A stretch of DNA of 64,000 nucleotides from Zancudomyces culisetae HAW-14-8 (Eukaryota; Fungi; Kickxellomycota): positions 372,001-436,000 of the forward strand of contig JBNJNM010000011.1 of the NCBI GenBank assembly GCA_052426225.1, in the 5' to 3' direction. The notes under the pieces were generated by a model that saw nothing but the letters and a program-made list of their open reading frames with translations, did no database searches and had not been told where the DNA came from. Made by a program: the position numbers and the translations under genes. Of this stretch, positions 47,829 through 56,779 are shown in pieces (the stretch's first letter is position 1; each line of letters begins with the position of its first letter).

Positions 47829-48240
47829 TGTCATGAACTGATTCTAGAATGTTCGAAAACGTTCTAGAATCATCTGATTTTATTCCGCAGTAATGTTTAG
47901 AATGTTCCCCAACATTCTAGAACATTACCGAAAATTCACATTATTTATTAATTTTTCTTACGTAATAATTTTCACATGTTTAATTTTATTAGCATTCGAG
48001 TTTGATTTTTGTATGATTACTAATCCAATTTGATTAGTAATCAAACACGTTTTACTTTAACTTGCATTTTTAGCTATTCCGCAGTTTTCATAGTGATTTT
48101 GTTCAAAAACCAAGGCTGGAAAAAAGTATAAAAAGGGTACAATTTTCCTGTCTTGGATTCAGTATCTAGTATCTTGTATACATTCATACAATAAACTTTA
48201 ATAATAATAAATATAACTCTCCTGACTCCAGATCTTGACA
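47829..48240 (+). repeat. Element C 5' LTR
   Basis: TGTCATGA...TCTTGACA; TATAAAA at 48127-33; AATAAA near 48190. Confidence 0.97.
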
Positions 48241-48242
48241 CT

Positions 48243-48251
48243 ATACTAGAT
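48243..48251 (+). promoter_or_regulatory. Element C self-priming-type primer binding site (PBS)
   Basis: ATACTAGAT has no TGG tRNA signature and is complementary to LTR ATCTAGTAT (48164-72), about 30 nt downstream of the TATA box. Confidence 0.6.
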
Positions 48252-48300
48252 CAAAATATTATATTTATTATTTTCTGACACCAGCCTAAGTATTTTAACC

Positions 48301-49521
48301 ATGGAACCGTTTAGCCCAGAACAAGTTGAATTCCTCAACAAAGCCGCCGTGACCCTGCCAGCAGTTGAAGACGCCCTCCAGCAACTACTAATAAGAGTAG
48401 AAAAAGCCGAGTCTGCCATCAAGGAACACCCTGCCACAGTATCCAAGAAAATTTATGACAAGGTCAAAGCAGACACCACCAAGTCCATCCAGACCATTCT
48501 TGACTCGATGAACAACCTCCAGTCCGATATCCAGAATTCAGACCAGCTAACCCAAAGCGCCATACAGGCCAATCAGTTGGAAATCCAATCCCTTCAGGAC
48601 CAGCTCAGTACCCTCAGGAACGAAGTCATAATTTATATAACTGAAAACCGTGCCACCAAAGTTGCTAGTACTTCTGAACCTAGTATCAAAGTCAGACACC
48701 CAGACACATTTTCAGGAAAACCCTCCGCCTGTTCCAACTTCTTTTCACAGCTTGCTCTCGTCTTTGCCGCTTCACCCGATAAATTCAACACAGACTCAAG
48801 TAAAGTCTTGTATGCCATCTCCTACCTCTCAGGCACACCATTCAGTTACATGGAACCTTACCTCATGAAAGCAAACCTTCCAGAGTCTGATCGTCCTGCC
48901 ATCCTCTCCAACTACAATCTGTTTAAAGAAACTATCACTCGTGCCTTTGGTGATCCCAACCCTATTGAGAATGCTGATAGAGCAATCCGCCAACTCCGCC
49001 AAACCACTTCCGTTGCCGCATATGCCACCGAGTTTAGACGCCTACAGATGTTAATTGACTGGAACCAACCACCTTTGATCTCACAGTTTCTATCCGGTCT
49101 CAAGTACAACGTATCCCAAGAACTCAACCGTAGAGAACCAATAGAAGACATCGATACCCTGATCTCTACAGCCATCCAGATCGACAACCGCCTCTTCAGC
49201 CATCCACAACGTCGTCAACCTCCAGTTAACCCCACTGCAACTATGCCACCCAAACCCACTGCTTACAACCCGTTTGCTTCACCTGTTTCTGCACCATCTA
49301 CCACTCCACCAGCTAATAGTGATGGACCTCAACCAATGGATCTCAGTACCGCTTCATCGACTAGAAGACCACCACTTACTCCTGCTCAAAGAGCATACCG
49401 TATCGAAAACAACCTCTGTCTCTATTGTGGCGGTAATGACCATTTCAACATCAACTGTCCAAAGAAACGCCACAACATCTCCAGCATTACACCAACACAG
49501 GAAAACGACACCGCCCAGTAG
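48301..49521 (+). CDS. gag: Element C Gag
   Basis: PDTFSG, LRQTTSVAAYATEFRRL, GPQPMDL, zinc knuckle CLYCGGNDHFNINC. Confidence 0.95.
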   Translation: MEPFSPEQVEFLNKAAVTLPAVEDALQQLLIRVEKAESAIKEHPATVSKKIYDKVKADTTKSIQTILDSMNNLQSDIQNSDQLTQSAIQANQLEIQSLQDQLSTLRNEVIIYITENRATKVASTSEPSIKVRHPDTFSGKPSACSNFFSQLALVFAASPDKFNTDSSKVLYAISYLSGTPFSYMEPYLMKANLPESDRPAILSNYNLFKETITRAFGDPNPIENADRAIRQLRQTTSVAAYATEFRRLQMLIDWNQPPLISQFLSGLKYNVSQELNRREPIEDIDTLISTAIQIDNRLFSHPQRRQPPVNPTATMPPKPTAYNPFASPVSAPSTTPPANSDGPQPMDLSTASSTRRPPLTPAQRAYRIENNLCLYCGGNDHFNINCPKKRHNISSITPTQENDTAQ

Positions 49522-49559
49522 ACAGTAAGGGACACCTATTGGGCAACTTAGCCAGTCCC
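49500..49559 (+). promoter_or_regulatory. Element C -1 frameshift signal with predicted H-type pseudoknot
   Basis: G GAA AAC (49500-06), 6-nt spacer, stem 1 GCCCAGTAG/CTATTGGGC (49513-21 / 49536-44), stem 2 GGGAC/GTCCC (49529-33 / 49555-59); the pol frame is -1 and open across the site. Confidence 0.75.
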
Positions 49560-52500
49560 CACGCCACTGTAACCACTCCTGTTTCTGACACCCAATCTCC
49601 TGATAAACCAAACACCTTGACCATTCCTGTAACCATCTTGTCCAAGCACCACCACATCAAAACCTACGCTATGGTTGATTCTGGTGCTTCGTCCTCGTTC
49701 ATTGACGCCACCTTTGCTCTAAAAAACAATCTCCCATCTATATCTAGAAAAATGACAATCACTCTCGCTGACGGATCAAAGCTTAGATCCAACTCTGCCT
49801 CCCAAGTAACACTAAAAATCAATGATAACCATCTCGAAAGTATCTATCTGCAACAACTAGATCTTGGATCTTCACCAATCATCCTTGGTCTTTTCTGGCT
49901 TCAAAAACACAATCCTGACATCAACTGGACTGAGAACATAGTCCATCTGCCTTGTACCTTGACTTCTTGTGGGCCCAACCATGTCAACCTAGACATCTCT
50001 CTTGTGGGCTCAAACCAGTTTAAAGAACATCTGAAGGCACCAGACACTGTCTATGCTGGTGCAATTACCGTGAACAATCTTGAAAATCTTGTAGCTCCTG
50101 AATCTTGTGAAAATCTCTGTCTTGTCTCTGAATCTAATCCTAAAACCCCTGTTACTCCTGTAATCCCTGAAAAGTATAAAATGTTTGAATCTGTCTTCTC
50201 TGAATCCCAATCTGCCAAACTGCCTGAACATCGTCCATATGATCATACCATTCCTTTGCTTCCTGACTCCAAAATTCCATATGGCCCATTGTACAACCTC
50301 TCCCAATTGGAACTAAAGACCCTGTATGACTACATTCAGGAAAACCTAGCCAATGGTTTTATCCAACGCTCTGAATCCCCGGCTGGGGCTCCCGTCCTAT
50401 TTGTAAAAAAGAAAGATGGTAGTCTCCGGTTGTGCGTCGACTATAGAGCCCTGAATAAGATCACTGTCCCCAACCGTGCAGCCTTGCCACTCATCTCTGA
50501 AACCTTGGATCGGCTTGGCAAAGCCAAGATATTCACCAAGCTGGATATGAAATCCGCATACCACATGATCAGGATCTCGCCTGGTGAAGAATGGAAGACC
50601 GCGTTTCGTACACGCTACGGCCACTTCGAGTATAAGGTCATGCCGTTTGGCCTTATGAATGCTCCAGCCACGTTCCAGTCCTTTGTTAACGATCTCTTCC
50701 GTGAATACATTGATCAATTCCTTGTTGTGTACATCGATGATCTGTTAATCTACTCAGATGATATCGATAAGCACTATGACCACGTCTGCCTTGTCTTGAA
50801 GAAGCTTCAGGAACACAATCTCACCCTCAAGCTAGAGAAATGTGAGTTTGATGTACAATCAGTACAGTTCCTCGGTTTTGTAATTGGCTCGAACGGGATA
50901 TCCATGGATCCATCAAAAGTATCCAGCGTCACCGAATGGAAGACACCAACTTGTGTCCGTGACGTTCAGGTATTCCTTGGCCTTACAAACTTCTACCGCC
51001 GTTTTATTCTGAACTACTCCAAGATATCTCTGCCACTCACCGCCTTGTTGAAAAAAGGTGTTCAATTCCAGTGGACACCCAAAGCTGAAGAAGCTTTCGC
51101 CTTGCTAAAAGAAACCATGATCAGTAATCCAGTCTTAGCTCACTACAATCCTGACCAGCCTTGTATCATCGAAACCGATGCATCAGATTTTGCATTAGGT
51201 GCCATTTGCAGCCAGTATGACAACGAGGGACAACTCCACCCTGTTGCATACTACTCCCGGAAACTCCTGCCTGCTGAAGTGAATTATCAAATCTATGATA
51301 AGGAACTGTTAGCAATTATCGACGCTTTTGTTCACTGGCGTCACTACCTTGAATTTTCTGTACACCCAACCGTTGTTATGACCGACCATAAAAACTTGGA
51401 ATACTTCTCCACTACCAGAAATCTTAGTCGCCGCCAAGTCAGATGGTCAGAATACCTCAGTAACTTCAACTTTGTCATCAAGTACCGCCCTGGAAAACAG
51501 AACACTGCCGCCGATGCTCTTTCTCGGAAAGACCAACCTTGGAAGGGGGGTGACTCCCGTACTGACCAAAACAAAATAACTTTGCTGCCTCCTGAAATGT
51601 TCTTGAAGTCCATGACTAGTACACCTGTTGAACCTTTGTTCTCCGCGCTCATGAACAACATCAAGTCACTACAACCCAAAGACACGTACTTTGGACCCAT
51701 TTACACTGACTTATCCAAGAAACCTGATTCCCATGAAAAGTTCGCTCTTGTTGACAATCTTCTGCACTATGATGGACTAATCTGTATCCCCTCAGACGAC
51801 AACATCAAAAGAACAATTCTGATTGAATGCCATGATTCCCCTGCTGCCGGCCACTTTGGAAATGCAAAGACATACGAACTTGTATCTCGCAACTTTTACT
51901 GGCCAACCATGAGAAAATATATCAAAGACTACATCTCTGGTTGCGATACCTGTCAACGCAACAAATCCTCTCGCCATAAACCATATGGCTACCTCGCTCC
52001 ACTTCCCGTTCCTGATTCACCTTGGTCATCTGTTTCTGTCGACTTCATCACTCAGCTACCTCCATCCAATAACTTTACTGCAATCTGTGTATTTGTGGAT
52101 CGCCTTACCAAGATGGCGCATTTTGTTCCCACAACCAATGAAATTGATGCTGAAGGTACTGCAGATCTATTTATCCAACATGTCTTCTGCAAACATGGGC
52201 TCCCTAAAGACATCGTATCTGATAGAAGTGTAACCTTCAACTCATCATTCATGCGTACTCTAATGAAATCACTGAATATTGAACAGAAAATGTCCACCGC
52301 ATTCCATCCTCAGACAGATGGACAAACTGAACGCGTAAACTCAGTATTGGAACAGTATCTCAGGTGCTACATTGATTACCAACAAACTGATTGGTCAAAG
52401 TGGTTACCAATTGCCGAATTCGCCTACAACAACACATCTCATGCTTCTACTAAAACCACACCTTTCTACGCCAACTATGGCTTCCATCCACGCTTCTCAG

Positions 52501-53117
52501 TCATAATCCCTCGTACTCAAGTTTTAAATCCTGCCTCCTCTGATAGATCCAAACGACTATCTGATATCCACCAAGAACTGAAGTTTAACATCTCCCTTGC
52601 CCTTGAAGACCATGAGAAATACTACAACCGAAAAGTATCATCACAACCTGACTTCAACATTGGTGATCTTGTCTATCTATCAACTAAAAACATCAGGACT
52701 CAAAGACCAAGCAAGAAGCTTGACTATCGGAAACTTGGTCCATTCAAAGTATTGGAAAAGATTGGACAAAGATCATACAAACTTCAGCTACCACACACAA
52801 TGAAGATTCACCCAGTATTCCACGTCAATCTCCTTGAACCTTGTAAACCAGATCTGATCCCAGACAGACTATCAAAACCGCTTCCACCTGTGATCATTGA
52901 CGGTCAAGAAGAATATGAAGTTGAGAAAATCCTAGATAGTAAAATATTTGGTAGAACTGTCAAATACCTGGTACACTGGAAAGGATACCCAGACACTGAA
53001 CGTACCTGGCAAACATATTCTGACTTAGCAAATGCAAAATATCTTGTCACTGAATTCCATCGTCACCATCCTGAAAAACCAAAGCCACCACAAATGCTTC
53101 ACGGAGCTCAGCCTTAA
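49500..53117 (+). CDS. pol: Element C Pol (PR-RT-RH-IN-chromodomain), expressed by -1 frameshift
   Basis: MVDSGAS, YIDD, ETDASD, HDSPAAGH..CDTC, VDFI/SDRS/DGQTER, GPF, EYEVEKILD..YLVHWKGY; no internal stops. Confidence 0.97.
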   Translation, partial: GKRHRPVDSKGHLLGNLASPHATVTTPVSDTQSPDKPNTLTIPVTILSKHHHIKTYAMVDSGASSSFIDATFALKNNLPSISRKMTITLADGSKLRSNSASQVTLKINDNHLESIYLQQLDLGSSPIILGLFWLQKHNPDINWTENIVHLPCTLTSCGPNHVNLDISLVGSNQFKEHLKAPDTVYAGAITVNNLENLVAPESCENLCLVSESNPKTPVTPVIPEKYKMFESVFSESQSAKLPEHRPYDHTIPLLPDSKIPYGPLYNLSQLELKTLYDYIQENLANGFIQRSESPAGAPVLFVKKKDGSLRLCVDYRALNKITVPNRAALPLISETLDRLGKAKIFTKLDMKSAYHMIRISPGEEWKTAFRTRYGHFEYKVMPFGLMNAPATFQSFVNDLFREYIDQFLVVYIDDLLIYSDDIDKHYDHVCLVLKKLQEHNLTLKLEKCEFDVQSVQFLGFVIGSNGISMDPSKVSSVTEWKTPTCVRDVQVFLGLTNFYRRFILNYSKISLPLTALLKKGVQFQWTPKAEEAFALLKETMISNPVLAHYNPDQPCIIETDASDFALGAICSQYDNEGQLHPVAYYSRKLLPAEVNYQIYDKELLAIIDAFVHWRHYLEFSVHPTVVMTDHKNLEYFSTTRNLSRRQVRWSEYLSNFNFVIKYRPGKQNTAADALSRKDQPWKGGDSRTDQNKITLLPPEMFLKSMTSTPVEPLFSALMNNIKSLQPKDTYFGPIYTDLSKKPDSHEKFALVDNLLHYDGLICIPSDDNIKRTILIECHDSPAAGHFGNAKTYELVSRNFYWPTMRKYIKDYISGCDTCQRNKSSRHKPYGYLAPLPVPDSPWSSVSVDFITQLPPSNNFTAICVFVDRLTKMAHFVPTTNEIDAEGTADLFIQHVFCKHGLPKDIVSDRSVTFNSSFMRTLMKSLNIEQKMSTAFHPQTDGQTERVNSVLEQYLRCYIDYQQTDWSKWLPIAEFAYNNTSHASTKTTPFYANYGFHPRFSVIIPRTQVLNPASSDRSKRLSDIHQELKFNISLALEDHEKYYNRKVSSQPDFNIGDLVYLSTKNIRTQRPSKKLDYRKLGPFKVLEKIGQRSYKLQLPHTMKIHPVFHVNLLEPCKPDLIPDRLSKPLPPVIIDGQEEYEVEKILDSKIFGRTVKYLVHWKGYPDTERTWQTYSDLANAKYLVTEFHRHHPEKPKPPQMLHGAQP

Positions 53118-53129
53118 GAGGGGAGGTCG

Positions 53130-53541
53130 TGTCATGAACTGATTCTAGAATGTTCGAAAACGTTCTAGAATCATCTGATTTTATTCCGCAGTAATGTTTA
53201 GAATGTTCCCCAACATTCTAGAACATTACCGAAAATTCACATTATTTATTAATTTTTCTTACGTAATAATTTTCACATGTTTAATTTTATTAGCATTCGA
53301 GTTTGATTTTTGTATGATTACTAATCCAATTTGATTAGTAATCAAACACGTTTTACTTTAACTTGCATTTTTAGCTATTCCGCAGTTTTCATAGTGATTT
53401 TGTTCAAAAACCAAGGCTGGAAAAAAGTATAAAAAGGGTACAATTTTCCTGTCTTGGATTCAGTATCTAGTATCTTGTATACATTCATACAATAAACATT
53501 AATAATAATAAATATAACTCTCCTGACTCCAGATCTTGACA
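53130..53541 (+). repeat. Element C 3' LTR
   Basis: Near-identical to 47829-48240. Confidence 0.97.
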
Positions 53542-54475
53542 GTTTTTTATTCTTTGCTGGACAGGTGTTAACTTGATGTCCTTCGCTACCACAATAGAAA
53601 CAAAGATTGAGTTTGTTCCTTCTCTCCCTTTCTGCTTGTGTTACTGTACGTTGAGCTGAATCCACTTGCATGTATTCGGTTTTTTCAGTAATGGGAATGG
53701 TCGAAATTATCCTCTGGGTGCCTCTGCGTTTTCTCAGTTTTTCTTCCTTACGTCGAGTGAGTCTCGCATCAACTGTAATAGCGGCATTTATGTATCCTTC
53801 TAAGTCAGTAGGCGTTTGGAATAATGCTAAGGTGTCTAATACCGATTCGTTTAATCCTTCGGAAAATTGTGATACGCAGGCAGCTTCATTCCAGTCGAGA
53901 TCCATGATTAACCTACGGAATTCTGAAGCATACATGGTTACTGAAGAATCACCTTGTTTTAGTGCTCTTATAGCATCATTTGCTGTTTGGGCACGTTGTG
54001 GATCATCAAATACTTTTGCAAATTCTTCCATGAATAGATAGAAATTATGTAACACAGGACTATTTTTTTCGATGTATGGACTTGCCCAACGTAATGCATT
54101 GCCTGTAAGAAGAGACATAATAAGTCCAACTTTATTAGCCGAAGAAGGATAATGGCCAGGTTGTGTAAAGAATACGAGGCGACACTGATTGATAAATCCT
54201 CTAAATTTGGTACGGTCACCATCATAACGTTCAGGTAGAGCTATCTTAACAGGCTGAGTATGGATGGTGGTTGACAATAGATTAGGATCTGTTACTGCAG
54301 CTGGTTCTGGTATTGCAACATGGTCTGGTGTTATGCCTGGGTCTGAATTTTGTGTTAGATGGTTTTCTACGAGTTGAGCTTGATTTGCAATGATTGTTTG
54401 CAGTCTTTCGTTATCCTCTCTTAATCTTTCCAATTCGATTAAGAGTTGTTCGAGGTTTATTTCTTGTGTAGACAT
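53542..54475 (-). CDS. gag: Element B Gag (last codons LGKAKVQV* displaced to 47823-47798 by insertion of C)
   Basis: PERYDGDR, LKQGDSSVTMYASEFRRL, zinc knuckle CFYCGSEGHQVNTC; the tail shown in the ORF track is read-through into the C LTR. Confidence 0.93.
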
Positions 54476-54495
54476 GATATAGTAGGTAGTGATAA

Positions 54496-54508
54496 TAGCG
54501 ATAAAATA
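54496..54508 (-). promoter_or_regulatory. Element B self-priming-type PBS
   Basis: - strand TATTTTATCGCTA is complementary to LTR - strand TAGCGATAAAATA (54582-54570), which starts about 27 nt after TATATAAA (54616-09). Confidence 0.7.
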
Positions 54509-54509
54509 A

Positions 54510-54821
54510 TGTCACGATTGACACTAGGTACTATTGTAGCTTGAAAATATTTTATTTAGGATAAGATAATATTTTATCGCTAAGGATTTCATAGCGAAAA
54601 AATATTACTTTATATATTCAATAATATTACTAATAAAAGCATGTACTAATATTATAATTAACTATTGTAAGATTAATGTTATAATTATAATTATGGTTTT
54701 GTGTTAGTATCATTACTTAAGTAAATAATTAAAACAACAAAATGTTTCAATTAAAATGAGTGTTTTGAATCAGTATTGTAACAATACTAATTCAAAATCT
54801 TTTCATGTCATATTCATGACA
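54510..54821 (-). repeat. Element B 5' LTR
   Basis: 312 bp, matches 42973-43284. Confidence 0.95.
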
Positions 54822-54852
54822 CAACTCCCCAAGAGTCCGAGGACTTAAAACC

Positions 54853-55263
54853 TGTCATGAACTGATTCTAGAATGTTCGAAAACGTTCTAGAATCATCTG
54901 ATTTTATTCCGCAGTAATGTTTAGAATGTTCCCCAACATTCTAGAAGATTACCGAAAATTCACATTATTTCTTAATTTTTATTACGTAATAATTTTCACA
55001 TGTTTAATTTTAATAGCATTCGAGTTTGATTTTTGTATGATTACTAATCCAATTTGATTAGTAATCATACACGTTTTTCTTTGCTTGCGTTTTTAGCTAT
55101 TCCGCAGTTTTCATAGTGATTTTGTTCAAAAACCAAGGCTGGAAAAAAGTATAAAAAGGGTACAATTTTCCTGTCTTGGATTCAGTATCTAGTATCTTGT
55201 ATACATTCATACAATAAACTTTAATAATAATAAATATAACTTTCCAAACTCCAGATCTTGACA
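54853..55263 (+). mobile_element. Solo LTR of the element C family
   Basis: 411 bp, slightly diverged from the C LTRs, flanked by its own TSD AAACC (54848-52 / 55264-68). Confidence 0.95.
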
Positions 55264-56688
55264 AAACCCCAGTCTCTTGGTCCATGCTACTAGCCGTGCT
55301 CAGGCAGGAGGTAGTTTCTGAATCCCTCTTGGATTTACTCTTGGTATAAAAGTAATAGTTCATGATGTTTGGTTATTTATTATATGAATATACTTTTAAT
55401 GTTTGTTTTATTGAGTTTATTAACTATACTATTTAATCCGTAAAGTAGGACATGGATAAAGTTACCTAATAGACTACTCTATCAATTATATATATGATTA
55501 AAAACTTAAATGCTAACCTAGTTTTTCAATATAATAAATTAACTATACACTATTATTATACTGTTAAGTATACTAATAGTTTTCTTTTATAATTGCAGCA
55601 TACGTGCAATTAAGATTATGTGTGGGAACACATAATCATTAAAATTATTTGATGTTCAGTATGAAAATATATTTCGTACTAGAATCATCATTATTGAATG
55701 GACTCAGCATGTAGAATTTATTTCATGCTGAGTCGAAATTAATTTGAACAAAAATTTAAACGACAATAAAAATTATAAAAATTGGCATTCCGCAATGAGT
55801 GTACAACAAAATTTCTTGTACACTATTCGGATTTGCATTACAATTCGGCTTATTGCGACTGTTATATAGTGGAATTATATACCTGTATTTCCTTGTATTT
55901 TATTGGTTAATTTAATAAGTATTATTTTAAGCATTAAATAGTCTAGTTTTGAATTAATTAATAAATTGTCTTTTTCTCCCTAATTTATTATAGTCCTAAT
56001 ATATAATAATAAAAGTCCCGTCCTGTATAATACTGGGTAATTATATTACTCAGTAGGACGTTAAACATGTAATTATACAACACGACACTGTTGTATGCTT
56101 AGTTCTACCCAAGCTAAACTATTGGATGAACAGCATACAGCTTCTCAAACACCGAATAACCACCGTTATCTCGGGTGTTCGTGCAAGAAATCTGGGATTT
56201 CTTGGGTAATAAATTACCCAAATGTTGGAGAAATATTCAGTTTTAATTATTTTATTTTAAGTTTCTATTATATAAAGTTCTAATAAAATAGCTAGTCAGG
56301 TACTAGTATATTACTAGTAACCCCACCACAAGTTTGGTGGTTTTATCTTTTTATTTTTAAAAAGTTATTCATTAAACAAAATACAAATTAGCTCTAAAAT
56401 ACTTGATTTTACTCTATAAAATTGAAATTTGTGATTTGAGCAAAAACCTACCTAAAACCAAAAAAAAACATAGGTAGTGAAGAGTAACACAATTTTCAAA
56501 GGGTATCAGAAAGGTATCAGAGTCTAATTTTTGGACCAAAATTAATTGTTTTGCACACCAAATTTTAGGAGTTGGGCGTAATTTTACCCAGTTTTATCGC
56601 ATTTATTGAAGTAATAAATACATAAAACTAAATTAAATATAAGCTAAAAAGGTAGGGTTGACTGGTTAAATAAAGTAAAACTTATTCC

Positions 56689-56779
56689 AGTAACAATCCC
56701 CCTCTATTAGCAGAACTTTTTGTAGGTTTAGTTGCGGAAATTTCCTGAGAAATTTTCTGCAAACTAAAATTACAACAAC
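56689..56779. repeat. 91-bp direct repeat, copy 2
   Basis: 87/91 identical to 42648-42738. Confidence 0.9.

Larger units (their letters stand above)
47829..53541 (+). mobile_element. Element C: intact Ty3/Gypsy chromovirus (5713 bp) nested in B
   Basis: 412-bp LTRs differing at 1 position by eye, TSD GTTTT (47824-28 / 53542-46), PPT AAGAGGGGAGG (53116-26), open gag and pol. Confidence 0.98.
42973..54821 (-). mobile_element. Element B: Ty3/Gypsy chromovirus, full length but inactivated (~6.1 kb without nested C)
   Basis: 312-bp TG...CA LTRs, TSD CAACT (42968-72 / 54822-26), PPT AAGAGGGAG next to the 3' LTR; gag-PR-RT-RH-IN-chromodomain on the - strand. Confidence 0.97.
42677..55363 (-). pseudogene. 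138-aa antisense ORF split into three pieces (55363-55269, 54852-54822, 42967-42677) by element B and a solo LTR
   Basis: Removing both insertions plus one TSD each gives a stop-free 417-nt frame: MNYYFYTKSKSKRDSETTSCLSTASSMDQETGVLSPRTLGELTESVRQLQIRRSPEP...EISATKPT*. Confidence 0.6.

Noticed and set aside
53375-53541. Shared C-terminal peptide SRSGV.....KITMKTAE on ORFs 53375-54475 and 55097-55363
   Set aside because: Both ORFs simply read into the antisense strand of C-family LTRs; this is not a conserved domain
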